64,000 nt of DNA from Bdellovibrionales bacterium (lineage in GTDB: Bacteria > Bdellovibrionota > Bdellovibrionia > Bdellovibrionales > DASUEL01). Numbering within the stretch: the first letter of the stretch is position 1; the number at the start of each line of letters is the position of its first letter. Position numbers and translations under genes: made by a program. The notes beneath the pieces were generated by a model. The model searched no databases, was not told the origin of the DNA, and saw nothing but the letters and a program-made list of their open reading frames with translations. Location of the stretch: positions 1-64,000 of the forward strand of contig JBFWOZ010000011.1 in the NCBI GenBank assembly GCA_050250255.1. The letters run 5' to 3'. Positions 28,943-38,776 of this stretch are shown in pieces.

Positions 28943-31153
28943 ATGCGTACTATTCTTCTCACCAGCAGCATTTTGTTCATCGTTTTGAGCTGTTCTTCGC
29001 TCTCTGAAAAGCAAAATTTGCCTCCCGAAAATCTCATGCCTGTTTACAAATCAGGAATGGCCGCACCTCAAGCACAAAAAGCGAATGCGCTTATTGAACA
29101 GTACATGGAAGAGAACAAAGAGAAGGCCGCGCATTGGTGGGGAAAATACAATCGCGCTATGATTCTTACGGAACAAAAACCGACCGAGGCTTGCGTGCTC
29201 TTTACGGAACTTTCTCAGGAAAAAGATTTTCCTCTTCAAGCGATCGCGAATCTCAGATCTTACCAAACATGCCCTGTCACTCGTGAATCTGCGCAACGTC
29301 TTTGGCAGACCTCACGCACTTTTCCTGTTTGGACAAAGTCCCTTGCGGTGGATATCTCTCTCACTTCAGCGGCTTCCCTCTCTGCAAAAAAAGAACAAAT
29401 TCAGTTTTTAGAAGAAAAAGCAAAATTCACATCTATCACAGAAGAACGTATTGAGCTTTTTCAAGCAGCCCTTCTCATTGCTCGAGAGTTACGTGATAAA
29501 GAAAGCATCAAGCGCGTAGAGAAAAAACTGCACACCGCAGCTCCTCGTTTCCAAATACGCCCTCCAAAAGAGAACTACCTCAAAGTTGCACACGACTTTC
29601 GAAAAGCTCGCGATTTTGAAAATGCTCGGAAGTACTACCGACTCGTTTTCGAAGATCGCAAACGAAAAACAGAAGATCGGCTCGCCGCTTTAAAAGGAAT
29701 TCGTTTTGTCTTCAAAACCGAAAATAAAAAAGAAGACTACTTAGAAGCCACACGGAAAATTGCAAAATTCACTGGGGCGCTTTTAAAATTCAACAAACGG
29801 GTTCGCGATCAGGCGAAGCTCACCAATCTACATATCGATGCCCAACTTCTTCTTACTCGAACTCTTTGGACGGCGGGTGATGTACAAGGCTCTCTCTTAG
29901 TTCTCAAGCAGCTCGCCCAAAAATATAAAAAACATCCGCAAGCCTCGGAGGTACATTGGCTCATCGCCCGTATCTCAGAAGAAGCCGGAAATTACGAAGA
30001 GGCCCTCAAGGGTAACAAAATTGCGCTCCAGTTAGAAAAAGAAGGCACGGCCCTTTGGGAAAAGCTCGTTTGGCAAAAAGCTTGGAATCAACGAAAACTA
30101 AAAGATTTTGCGGCCGCGGCTCATACGTTTTTGACCTTGATCGATAAAACAAAAAAGTCGGATTACAATATTAAATATCGTTTTTGGTACGGACGCGTTT
30201 TAAAAGAACATCAGCAAAAAGAAGAAGCCGAAAAAACTTTTCAAGCGCTGATCAGCGACGACCCTATGGGATACTACGGCCTTCTCGCCTATCGCGAGAT
30301 TGGACTACAATATCCACCTCTTACCGCAAAGAGCTCGAAAACTTTTGAAAAACCAAGTTTTGTTTCTGAGGAAGATTATAAAGTTGTTAAGTGGCTCGCT
30401 TCCGTGGGAGAAACCACTCTTCTTCGTTCCTTCATCAAACGTGTGACCGCAAAAACCTCATTTTTCAAAATGAACACGGAAGATCAAAGCCGCATTTTAA
30501 ATTGGTATGCGGCCGTCGATGATTATCTAGGACTTTTTCAACAATATGGTTGGATTTTAGCGACTCATAAAGAGCTCTTAACTCGACATGCTGATTTGAT
30601 TTTCCCGAGACCGCATGAAGCTGTCGTACGCACTGTTGCGAGTGACACGGGTGTAAAACCGGAACTGATCTATTCCATTATGAGACAGGAATCGGGATTC
30701 AATCCTCGCGCTCGTAGCCCCATGGATGCGTTTGGACTCATGCAACTCATTCCTAATACTGCAGAGATCGTAGCGAAAGAGCGATCTTACGACTACAAGC
30801 AGACCGATGATCTCTACAAACCAGTTGTGAACATCACGATCGGTTCGGCCCTTTTAAAGAAGCTCATGTCTCAATTTGATAAACAGTTTATTATCACCGT
30901 GGCTTCTTACAATGCTTCGGAAGATGCGGTTCTGACGTGGCTCAAAACGAGATATCGTGATGATCCGCTCGAGTTTATCGAGGATATTCCTTATTCTGAG
31001 ACGATGACGTACATCAAATTGGTACTACGGAACTTCATCTACTACTCTAGGCTCGCTGACCAGGACGATTCTATGGACTTTCCCGAGTGGTGTTTAGAGG
31101 GTTTACAGTCCCTCAAAACATCGTCGCTCAGATCCCCCGTCTCAGTTCAATAA
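28943..31153 (+). CDS. lytic transglycosylase lipoprotein (TPR-like helices + SLT domain)
   Basis: Lipobox VLSC; IMRQESGF, GLMQL, ASYNA, IPYSET motifs. Confidence 0.92.
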   Translation: MRTILLTSSILFIVLSCSSLSEKQNLPPENLMPVYKSGMAAPQAQKANALIEQYMEENKEKAAHWWGKYNRAMILTEQKPTEACVLFTELSQEKDFPLQAIANLRSYQTCPVTRESAQRLWQTSRTFPVWTKSLAVDISLTSAASLSAKKEQIQFLEEKAKFTSITEERIELFQAALLIARELRDKESIKRVEKKLHTAAPRFQIRPPKENYLKVAHDFRKARDFENARKYYRLVFEDRKRKTEDRLAALKGIRFVFKTENKKEDYLEATRKIAKFTGALLKFNKRVRDQAKLTNLHIDAQLLLTRTLWTAGDVQGSLLVLKQLAQKYKKHPQASEVHWLIARISEEAGNYEEALKGNKIALQLEKEGTALWEKLVWQKAWNQRKLKDFAAAAHTFLTLIDKTKKSDYNIKYRFWYGRVLKEHQQKEEAEKTFQALISDDPMGYYGLLAYREIGLQYPPLTAKSSKTFEKPSFVSEEDYKVVKWLASVGETTLLRSFIKRVTAKTSFFKMNTEDQSRILNWYAAVDDYLGLFQQYGWILATHKELLTRHADLIFPRPHEAVVRTVASDTGVKPELIYSIMRQESGFNPRARSPMDAFGLMQLIPNTAEIVAKERSYDYKQTDDLYKPVVNITIGSALLKKLMSQFDKQFIITVASYNASEDAVLTWLKTRYRDDPLEFIEDIPYSETMTYIKLVLRNFIYYSRLADQDDSMDFPEWCLEGLQSLKTSSLRSPVSVQ

Positions 31154-31162
31154 CTTAAGTAA

Positions 31163-31205
31163 AATCAATAGCTTACATCATCTCAAGCGAGGCATCCGGT
31201 TTGCT
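31163..31205 (+). promoter_or_regulatory. sigma54 (-24/-12) promoter with IHF-type site
   Basis: AATCAATAGCTTA (WATCAANNNNTTR) at 31163-75; GGCATCCGGTTTGC (GG-N10-GC) at 31191-204; RBS GGAGG and ATG downstream. Confidence 0.7.
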
Positions 31206-31231
31206 CTATTAAGTCTCAAACCGGAGGCTTC

Positions 31232-32527
31232 ATGCGCGACAAATTACTACTTTCAGTCCTACTTAGTGGTCTCTTCTCTATGAGTGCTTATCTCGTCGTA
31301 GAGAATTTCGTAGAAGGCACTGACTACCAAGCACGCCTCACCAGCCTCGGTGTTCCTCATGAAATTCCAATGGATTTAAAAAAGGAAGTAAAAGTCCTTC
31401 TTGCTGACCCAGCAGTTTCCAAAAATTGGGGACTCATGGGTACAGGTGGCGCGAGCGATATTAAAGCTCACCGTGCATGGGAAATCACCCAAGGTAGCCG
31501 TGAAATTCGTGTGGCTATTATTGATACGGGTGCCGATATAAAGCACCCCGATCTAAAAAATAATCTTTGGGTGAATAATGGTGAAATCGGAAAAGATGCC
31601 AACGGCAAAGACAAAACTACAAACGGTGTGGATGACGATAAAAATGGTTTCGTAGACGACGTTCATGGTTGGAACTTTGTGGGGAACAATAACAACCTCG
31701 TCGATCATCACGGACATGGAACTCATATTGCTGGTATCGTAGGTGCAGAAGGCGGTAACGGTATTGGAATCAGTGGTGTTGCTCCGAATGTGAGTTTGAT
31801 GGTTCTCAAATATTACGACCCTCAATCACGTGCTAACGACAATTTAACAAACACGATCAAAGCCATTCGATACGCTGTAAAAATGAAAGCCCACATCATC
31901 AATTACTCTGGTGGAGGCGTGGAATACAGCGCTGAAGAACGTAAAGCTATCGAAGAAGCCAACCGTGAAGGAATCCTTTTCGTAGCCGCTGCAGGTAACG
32001 AGCGTTCTAATTCTGACATCTCTCATTACTATCCTGCAGATTACGATTTACCGAACATCATTTCTGTAACTGCGATCAATCCCAACGCTCAAGTTCTTGC
32101 GAGCAGCAATTACGGAATGAAAACGGTCCACATCGCAGCTCCGGGCGAAGGTATTTTTTCAACTCTTCCTGGGATGAAATATGGAATCATGACGGGAACT
32201 TCTCAAGCGACTTCGTTTGTCTCTGGAGTTGCGGCTCTCATCATGGCTGCCAATCGTTCTTTTAACTTTGTGCAGGTAAAAAATCAGATTCTCTCTACCG
32301 CAGATGAAATCTCTACGCTTCGCTCAAAAACACGTACAAGCGGGAAACTTAATTCGTGGGCGGCTCTTGCGATTCAACCGTTACTTCCCATTACGGGAAT
32401 CGTTGCTCAAGCAGGAAACCATCAGGCCTTTGCCGCAGCTCCACAAGCGAGCGTCGAAATCGATAATCTTGTGACTCTTTCGACTTTGATGAAGGCACTT
32501 GAGAGGCAACCCGCACGCAAGAACTAA
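31232..32527 (+). CDS. subtilisin-like (S8) serine protease
   Basis: VAIIDTG, HGTHIAG, AAGN, GTSQAT. Confidence 0.95.
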   Translation: MRDKLLLSVLLSGLFSMSAYLVVENFVEGTDYQARLTSLGVPHEIPMDLKKEVKVLLADPAVSKNWGLMGTGGASDIKAHRAWEITQGSREIRVAIIDTGADIKHPDLKNNLWVNNGEIGKDANGKDKTTNGVDDDKNGFVDDVHGWNFVGNNNNLVDHHGHGTHIAGIVGAEGGNGIGISGVAPNVSLMVLKYYDPQSRANDNLTNTIKAIRYAVKMKAHIINYSGGGVEYSAEERKAIEEANREGILFVAAAGNERSNSDISHYYPADYDLPNIISVTAINPNAQVLASSNYGMKTVHIAAPGEGIFSTLPGMKYGIMTGTSQATSFVSGVAALIMAANRSFNFVQVKNQILSTADEISTLRSKTRTSGKLNSWAALAIQPLLPITGIVAQAGNHQAFAAAPQASVEIDNLVTLSTLMKALERQPARKN

Positions 32528-32530
32528 AAA

Positions 32531-32579
32531 CTCAGAGCTCTGAACTCGGAGTTCTGAGTTCTGAGCTCCGAACTCCGAG
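32531..32579. repeat. 7 tandem copies of palindromic heptamer YTCNGAR
   Basis: CTCAGAG CTCTGAA CTCGGAG TTCTGAG TTCTGAG CTCCGAA CTCCGAG fills the gap between two convergent stops. Confidence 0.85.
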
Positions 32580-33044
32580 TTAGCGTGGTGTCAGAAACAG
32601 AACTATCAATACAAGTACAATAACCACCGTAAAACCCAGTAGCGCGTAAACCCATTTCAAGTACGGGCGCACGTGTTTTACGGGTGCTGCTTTTAAACTT
32701 GTCATTAACACTGTTTGTAAAATTTGAGCTTGTCTTTTAAGGGCCACTTCATTATGTGGATCGGCCTCTAAAATGCGACGATATTTCATCGAAGCAAAAC
32801 CTAAGTTTCTCTCAAGTGTAGCTTGCGCAATAAAACTTTCGTGAAAGGCATCTTCTTCCCATCTCGACAAAATCAATTGCCACGCCATCTCTAAACGCTC
32901 CGAACCAGAAATCAAGGCTCCTAGCTCACGATCCGTCCATTTTTTAAAGACTAACCCACAGGCGAGACATTCTTTCGCACCCACAAAAGGGTGTGCACCG
33001 CATTTAGGGCAGGCATCTGTGGATTTTTCTGGGTGAGATTTCAA
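32580..33044 (-). CDS. hypothetical Zn-ribbon protein with C-terminal TM anchor
   Basis: CPKCG...CLACG; hydrophobic C-terminus. Confidence 0.75.
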   Translation of the reverse strand: MKSHPEKSTDACPKCGAHPFVGAKECLACGLVFKKWTDRELGALISGSERLEMAWQLILSRWEEDAFHESFIAQATLERNLGFASMKYRRILEADPHNEVALKRQAQILQTVLMTSLKAAPVKHVRPYLKWVYALLGFTVVIVLVLIVLFLTPR

Positions 33045-33100
33045 CGTTTTTCCCTTTCATTTTTCTTTATTAAAATCGAGAACCGCCCTACAGTCAAAGT

Positions 33101-34633
33101 GTGATGATTCAATGGTTCTTTCCTATTCTCTCAGGGCTATTTTTAGGGACAAGCTATATTCCTTTTTATCCTTGGGCTCTTTTTGTTGTTTGGGTCCCAC
33201 TCTGGATCTGTTGGTTTAAAAACCCTACGTATAAAAACATCTTCCTGACCGGCGTACTCAGCACGGTCACTTTCAATATGATTGGGTTTCACTGGATTGC
33301 CTCTACTGCCCGAGAGTTTGGTCACCTTTCTTGGGATGTTTCTATTTTAATCTTAATTCTTTTTTCTCTTATCTCCGCCCTTCACGTTCCGCTTTCGGGT
33401 GTGGCTTGGCTGTATTTAAGAAAAAAGTATTCTATGGGCCTTAACGAATCAATTTGGGTTCTCGCTGTTTTGTACTGGGTTTTCGAAACGCTCTCACCAA
33501 CGATTTTCCCTTGGAATCTAGGCTATCCATGGCTCTGGGCACAATGGCCAGGGATTCAGTGGGCCGATGTCGTGGGCTTTCAGGGTTTAAGTTTTGTGAC
33601 CGTGGTCTTAAATGCTTTGGTCGCTTGGTTTTTTCTTTCGCCTCTGCCGTATGCGAAAAAATTAAAACCTTTACTTGGAGGCTTTGCCTTTTTTCTTTCG
33701 TTACAGCTCACTGGCTATTTAAAAAGCCGCGGCCTTCCGCAGGCCGATAAAACTTTGAAGGTTCTGGCGGTTCAAGCCAACATCGGAAATTTAGAAAAAG
33801 CCTACGCAGAAAAAGGCATGGGGTACCAAGACTATATCATAGATCAGCATTTTGATCTGACTCGTAAAGCGCTCAAAGAAATGCCTAAGCCCGATCTCAT
33901 TGTGTATCCCGAAACGGCGCTTCCGATACCTCTTGATGCCGATTACAAAGACGCTCTTTACAATAAAAAATTAAATTTCTTTCTCAAAGAGACCGGAATT
34001 CCTATTATGGTAGGAGCGTATTCCGAACCGCCACCTGATCGTGGAACCAGAAACTCTGTTTTCTTGCTCGATCCTCAGGGAGAAATTCTTGGAAGTTACG
34101 ACAAGACCCTACTGCTCGCATTTGGGGAGTACCTCCCTGGAGGGGATCGCTTCCCTATTTTATATAAATGGCTTCCTTTCGTTTCTCATTTCTACGCGGG
34201 CCATGGCCCCAGCATTATTAAATTGGGTGATTTACATTTTGGAATTCAGGTTTGTTATGAAGGACTTTATCCTTGGTTCACCACTGAGCTTGTGAATTTA
34301 AAAACTCAAATTATTTTTAACGCGACCAACGACTCTTGGTTTGGAAAAAACTTTGAACCTCAACAACATCTCTACATGACGGCGGCGCGCGCTATCGAGT
34401 ATCGAAGACCCCTCATACGAACAACCAATACGGGCATCACAACGGCAGTCCTGCCGAGTGGTCAATTCCTACAACAATCTCCCATCTACGAAGAGTGGTT
34501 TGGAGTTTTTGAAGTTCCATATTCAACGACGCCGCAAATCACCCTCTATTCCCGTCTAGAGCCTTTTCTGGTATATCTAGTTCTCTTTATGTCGATTGGT
34601 GTTTTTGGCGTTTTGAAAAGAAAGTCGTTGTAG
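33101..34633 (+). CDS. lnt: apolipoprotein N-acyltransferase
   Basis: TM N-terminal half; YPE, YDK..L..FGEYLP, VCYE, NATNDSWF, TNTGIT. Confidence 0.96.
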   Translation: MMIQWFFPILSGLFLGTSYIPFYPWALFVVWVPLWICWFKNPTYKNIFLTGVLSTVTFNMIGFHWIASTAREFGHLSWDVSILILILFSLISALHVPLSGVAWLYLRKKYSMGLNESIWVLAVLYWVFETLSPTIFPWNLGYPWLWAQWPGIQWADVVGFQGLSFVTVVLNALVAWFFLSPLPYAKKLKPLLGGFAFFLSLQLTGYLKSRGLPQADKTLKVLAVQANIGNLEKAYAEKGMGYQDYIIDQHFDLTRKALKEMPKPDLIVYPETALPIPLDADYKDALYNKKLNFFLKETGIPIMVGAYSEPPPDRGTRNSVFLLDPQGEILGSYDKTLLLAFGEYLPGGDRFPILYKWLPFVSHFYAGHGPSIIKLGDLHFGIQVCYEGLYPWFTTELVNLKTQIIFNATNDSWFGKNFEPQQHLYMTAARAIEYRRPLIRTTNTGITTAVLPSGQFLQQSPIYEEWFGVFEVPYSTTPQITLYSRLEPFLVYLVLFMSIGVFGVLKRKSL

Positions 34634-34642
34634 GAGAAAAAG

Positions 34643-36946
34643 TTGCTAAATCATTTAGACTGGACGGAGCTGATTCGCGTTTTAGAAACCTTTGCCACTT
34701 CCGAACGTGCACGCGAATCCCTTCGACATCTTGAACCCCTATCAGAACCTCAAGCTGCACTTCAAAGCGTTTACGAAATTGAGGAAGCACGCATTATCGT
34801 GAACTCTGGTCGCAGGCCTTCTATGGAGAGTCTTGATATTTTTGCGACGTGGTTTGAACGTCTAAAAAAGCAAGCTACACTGAAAATCCTTGAGCTCAAA
34901 GATGTCAGACGTTTTTGCATGGAAGTACAAGGCGTTCAGGAAGCCACAAGCTCTTACTCTTCGACTTGGTTAAAATCGATTTTTACCGAATTATTTGATC
35001 CCAAAGAGGCTCTTTCCGCTATTGATCAAATCATTACGCCCTCAGGTGATATCCGCGCAGATGCCAGCGAAGAACTCTCACAACTTTTTAAATCGAAACA
35101 AGATAAAGAGCGACACTTACAATCGACACTTAATAAGCTAGTAAAAAATCACGGCTTGGAATCTGTCCTGCAAGATCGCTTTGTCACCAATCGCGAGGGT
35201 CGCTGGGTTCTACCCATTAAAAGCGGAATGCAGCACAACTTTCAGGGCATTATTCACGATGCCAGTCAGACAAAACAAACTGTTTTCATGGAACCACAGG
35301 AAGTGATTTCCATTAATAACGAACTTCGTGAAATTGAAATTAAAATAGAAAAAGAAATCGAAAAATTGATTACGGAGCTCTCTCACTATTTGTCTACCTA
35401 CTGTCTCGCGCTTCAGAAAGCTCGTAACACTCTCGAGACAGTGGATATTCGCCTTTCTCAAGCCCAACTTTCCGAGCAACTCAACGCTCAGCCTTTTCGT
35501 TTTTCAAAAGAGAATATGTATCTCTCCAACTTAAGACATCCGATACTGGCATTGAAAAATCCTAAAGTGATTTCCAATACAGTTGAGCTGACGCATGCGC
35601 AGCGCATTCTCCTGCTGTCAGGTCCCAATGCTGGAGGAAAAACTGTTCTTTTAAAAGCGATCGGACTTGCCGCACAAATGGCACGCTGTGGATTACCCAT
35701 TTGCGCCGACGAAAACTCAGAGGTCATATTTTTTCATCAGATTCACGTCGCCGTTGGAGACGAACAAAGTGTGCATCGCAACTTAAGTACGTTTGCCGCT
35801 CATCTCACAACACTAACAGAAGCCACAAAAGTAAAAGGTCCCGAACATCTCATCCTTGTGGATGAAATTTGTGGAGCTACCGATCCTGAAGAAGGCTCGG
35901 CACTCGCAAAATCTTTTATCGAACACTTTGCAAAGTCGGAAGTTTTTGGAATCATTACCAGCCACTTGGGCGCCCTTAAAGAAGGCTGGTCAAAAGAGTC
36001 GGGAGTTCTCAACGGTCGCTTAGAGTACGACGAGATCGAAGGAAAATCGACCTACAAACTTTTTCTCGGTCTACCAGGACAATCTCAGGCTCTTAAAACC
36101 GCAAAAGCAATTGGTGTTCCTCTATCGATCGTCGATCGTGCAGTGGAACTCTTGCATCCGGAAACACGTCATCGTAAAAAGAAACTCGATGAACTCGAAG
36201 CCATCAAAGATGAAATGCTTCAATCGAAGAAAAAAATGGAAGAAGAAGGTTCCAGGCTTAGTGCTCTAAAAAATTCCTATACTGAAATGGTGGAGAAATT
36301 TAAAAAAGAGCGCGAAGTTTTGATCCAAAAAAGCGTTAAACTTGCCGAACAAAAAATTGAAGCCTTTATTGAGGCCGCGAAATCTAGTCAGCAGCAGCTT
36401 AAATCTCTTCACGAAGTTAAAGATCAACTTCCTACGATCATTAAGTCGCCACAAAAAGTGAGCATTTCAAGCCCCGAAGAGTTTGCCACTAGTTTTCCAA
36501 GAGGCTCGCTCGTGTATGTGAGCGCGGTTGGCCAAGATGGCATTGTACAAAGCGAGCCGGATTCAAAAGGGCTCGTGACGATTCTCGCACAATCCATGAG
36601 AGTGCAGGTGAGCTGGAAAGACCTACTACCTCCTCGAAACGCCGCGAAAAGTACTGCCGCTTCACGCCCTCGTGGGGGTAGTAATCAGTTGGTGGTGGAC
36701 GAAAGAATCATCGACCTTCGCGGCCAAAGAGTGGAAGAAGCCCTTAGAGAATTGGATTCTCAACTGGATCTCGCCTTAAGAAACAAAGAAGACCGTTTAA
36801 AGGTCATTCACGGACATGGCACCGAAGTCTTAAAAAAATCTGTGAGAACTTATCTCTCCCGCTCCGTTTACGTACGAAAATGGCGTTCAGGTGACAACCA
36901 ATCCGGCGGTGATGGCATCACCTGGGTCGAACTCTCCGACATCTAA
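34643..36946 (+). CDS. mutS2: MutS2 with C-terminal Smr domain
   Basis: GIIHDAS, LSGPNAGGKT, LSTFAAH, VDEICGATDPEEG, IDLRG, IHGHGT. Confidence 0.95.
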   Translation: MLNHLDWTELIRVLETFATSERARESLRHLEPLSEPQAALQSVYEIEEARIIVNSGRRPSMESLDIFATWFERLKKQATLKILELKDVRRFCMEVQGVQEATSSYSSTWLKSIFTELFDPKEALSAIDQIITPSGDIRADASEELSQLFKSKQDKERHLQSTLNKLVKNHGLESVLQDRFVTNREGRWVLPIKSGMQHNFQGIIHDASQTKQTVFMEPQEVISINNELREIEIKIEKEIEKLITELSHYLSTYCLALQKARNTLETVDIRLSQAQLSEQLNAQPFRFSKENMYLSNLRHPILALKNPKVISNTVELTHAQRILLLSGPNAGGKTVLLKAIGLAAQMARCGLPICADENSEVIFFHQIHVAVGDEQSVHRNLSTFAAHLTTLTEATKVKGPEHLILVDEICGATDPEEGSALAKSFIEHFAKSEVFGIITSHLGALKEGWSKESGVLNGRLEYDEIEGKSTYKLFLGLPGQSQALKTAKAIGVPLSIVDRAVELLHPETRHRKKKLDELEAIKDEMLQSKKKMEEEGSRLSALKNSYTEMVEKFKKEREVLIQKSVKLAEQKIEAFIEAAKSSQQQLKSLHEVKDQLPTIIKSPQKVSISSPEEFATSFPRGSLVYVSAVGQDGIVQSEPDSKGLVTILAQSMRVQVSWKDLLPPRNAAKSTAASRPRGGSNQLVVDERIIDLRGQRVEEALRELDSQLDLALRNKEDRLKVIHGHGTEVLKKSVRTYLSRSVYVRKWRSGDNQSGGDGITWVELSDI

Positions 36947-37029
36947 AAGGTGCCAGTGTCATTTTTCTGGCTACACCGCGGCCACTTCATGGAGCGATGT
37001 AGCCAGAAAAATGACACTGGCACCTTTTA
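36944..37029. repeat. REP/REPIN-like palindrome between convergent genes
   Basis: Perfect 32-bp IR TAAAAGGTGCCAGTGTCATTTTTCTGGCTACA-N22-reverse complement; arms include both stop codons. Confidence 0.85.
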
Positions 37030-37896
37030 AGCTCCGGGGATTTGGTTGCTGAATTCTTGTTTTGGTGAGCAGTTCGGTTTGTCTTTGTAGGGCCACTTGT
37101 AATTTTTAGGTAACTCTACGACCGATTCCATGCAGGATTCGATTTCCACTCTCTCTTCGGCAGTCTTTAATTTTTCTTCCGTTCGGATTTCTGACCAAAC
37201 AATCATTCCCTTTTTCACCGCAAAAAGAATTCGCCCATAGACCCTGCTCTCTAAAGAACCGCGAATCATTCCTGGTGGCAAAGTCACGCGACCTGAAATT
37301 TCGATGTCGGCGCACTGATCTTTATCGCCGCACTCTACAAATTGGGTCAAAATGGAAACCATATCAATTTTTAAAGGTAAAGCATTGTGACGACTGAGCC
37401 ATGTATGCTCGAGCGTCCATGTATCTCCCTTAGAAACAGGGGTCGAGGGAAGGGGAATTGGCTGAACAAAGAAAATACTTTCTGAAGAATAACCTCCCGC
37501 CTTAAGTACGTGAGCCGAGGGAGTAAGGATAAAATCGATACTTTCATTGAGTTCTGGAAACGAAAGGTCATTGAGCTCAACCGCACCTTCTTTTTGCAGA
37601 GTCTGAATGCGATAACGGATATTTCCGTTTGGTAACACCTCAATCACTGTGCTCTTTGTTGTGAAGTCGACGAATTCTTCTCTCTTCACTTTAATTTTAC
37701 GCGCATCACTTGTCGATTTCGTAGAAATATAGCGATATTTTAAGACATCAACATGACCCTTAGTTTTACTGATTTCAAGTCGAATGGGTTCTTTGAAAAT
37801 CACTTCTTTGACTTTACTTGCGCCGGGAAGAGAATCTACTTTTGCCCCGTGACTACACCCAACCATAATCAATAAAAGAAGCCATTTCACTTTCAT
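37027..37896 (-). CDS. hypothetical lipoprotein
   Basis: Lipobox MVGC; PVSKGDTW motif; RBS GGAG. Confidence 0.8.
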   Translation of the reverse strand: MKVKWLLLLIMVGCSHGAKVDSLPGASKVKEVIFKEPIRLEISKTKGHVDVLKYRYISTKSTSDARKIKVKREEFVDFTTKSTVIEVLPNGNIRYRIQTLQKEGAVELNDLSFPELNESIDFILTPSAHVLKAGGYSSESIFFVQPIPLPSTPVSKGDTWTLEHTWLSRHNALPLKIDMVSILTQFVECGDKDQCADIEISGRVTLPPGMIRGSLESRVYGRILFAVKKGMIVWSEIRTEEKLKTAEERVEIESCMESVVELPKNYKWPYKDKPNCSPKQEFSNQIPGA

Positions 37897-37915
37897 AGAA
37901 ATTCTCCGGCAATGC

Positions 37916-38776
37916 CTAATGTGTTTCGTCGGGAGTATCGGTTTCGCTATTGAGCGAGTGACCTTGACGATATCGTTCTACAAGCTGCTCATCTTTTGTC
38001 GGAAAAGAAAATAGAATGAAATGACTGCCAGACATAACATCCTGAATAGTGACCACAACGTATTTCACGTCCCCTTCATCTAAACTAAATTCCTTAATAA
38101 AATGAACAAGCGTATTACCCTGAAGATCTGATTTTCTCCAAATTTCATCAGCTTCTTCAATCGCCTCTTGTCGCAAGTGTATATACTTTGCGAATTCATC
38201 TTCTGGAATATCCTTATTGGATCGGACGCCTATCATCGCTTGAAAGAGATTTTGCGCCATCTCATCGCCCTCAGAAAGTGCGTCCCCTTCTGAGGCTTCA
38301 ATTTCGATTTCCGATTGAGATTTGTCATATATCAAACGACCCCGTCGGTAGTGCTCAACCAATTTTAAATCCGTTGTGGGGAAGTGTAAGAAAACAAAAT
38401 TTGGTGCCGACTGAGTTTGTGTTACAATTGCGATATAATAAATGCTTTGGTCATCAACAGAAAATTCACCAATGTACTGATGTAGAGGGGTGCCCTTTAC
38501 TGTTTCTGTGTCTTCCCAAATTTCAGAAGGTTCCTCTAAAAGAGTGTTTAAACAATCTTCGTATTTAGAAAATTCCTCTTGAGAGATATCATCATCTCCT
38601 CGGTGCGCCATGTACTCTTTTTCTAACTCACCGATTGGATTTGCAAAATGCTCGTAAAGACATTTTTCTGAGCAAAAGATGAGATCTTTCTCTTCATCGA
38701 TGATGAAAGCATCTTTCTCTTCCACTGCATTTTTGCAGTTATGACATTTTGTCACGAGCCATTTTTTCGATGTCAT
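37916..38776 (-). CDS. acidic protein with N-terminal TRASH-like Zn finger and two tandem ~90-aa domains (possibly PBECR2-like fold)
   Basis: CHNC...FCSEKC; two copies of DI.E.EF.KY...EIW...FPT.D..LVE.YR.G; TAATG coupling at 38774-78. Confidence 0.7.
   Translation of the reverse strand: MTSKKWLVTKCHNCKNAVEEKDAFIIDEEKDLIFCSEKCLYEHFANPIGELEKEYMAHRGDDDISQEEFSKYEDCLNTLLEEPSEIWEDTETVKGTPLHQYIGEFSVDDQSIYYIAIVTQTQSAPNFVFLHFPTTDLKLVEHYRRGRLIYDKSQSEIEIEASEGDALSEGDEMAQNLFQAMIGVRSNKDIPEDEFAKYIHLRQEAIEEADEIWRKSDLQGNTLVHFIKEFSLDEGDVKYVVVTIQDVMSGSHFILFSFPTKDEQLVERYRQGHSLNSETDTPDETH

Noticed and set aside
32531..32579. CRISPR array
   Set aside because: Units are 7 bp with no spacers, and no cas genes or repeat-spacer arrays were seen in the window.
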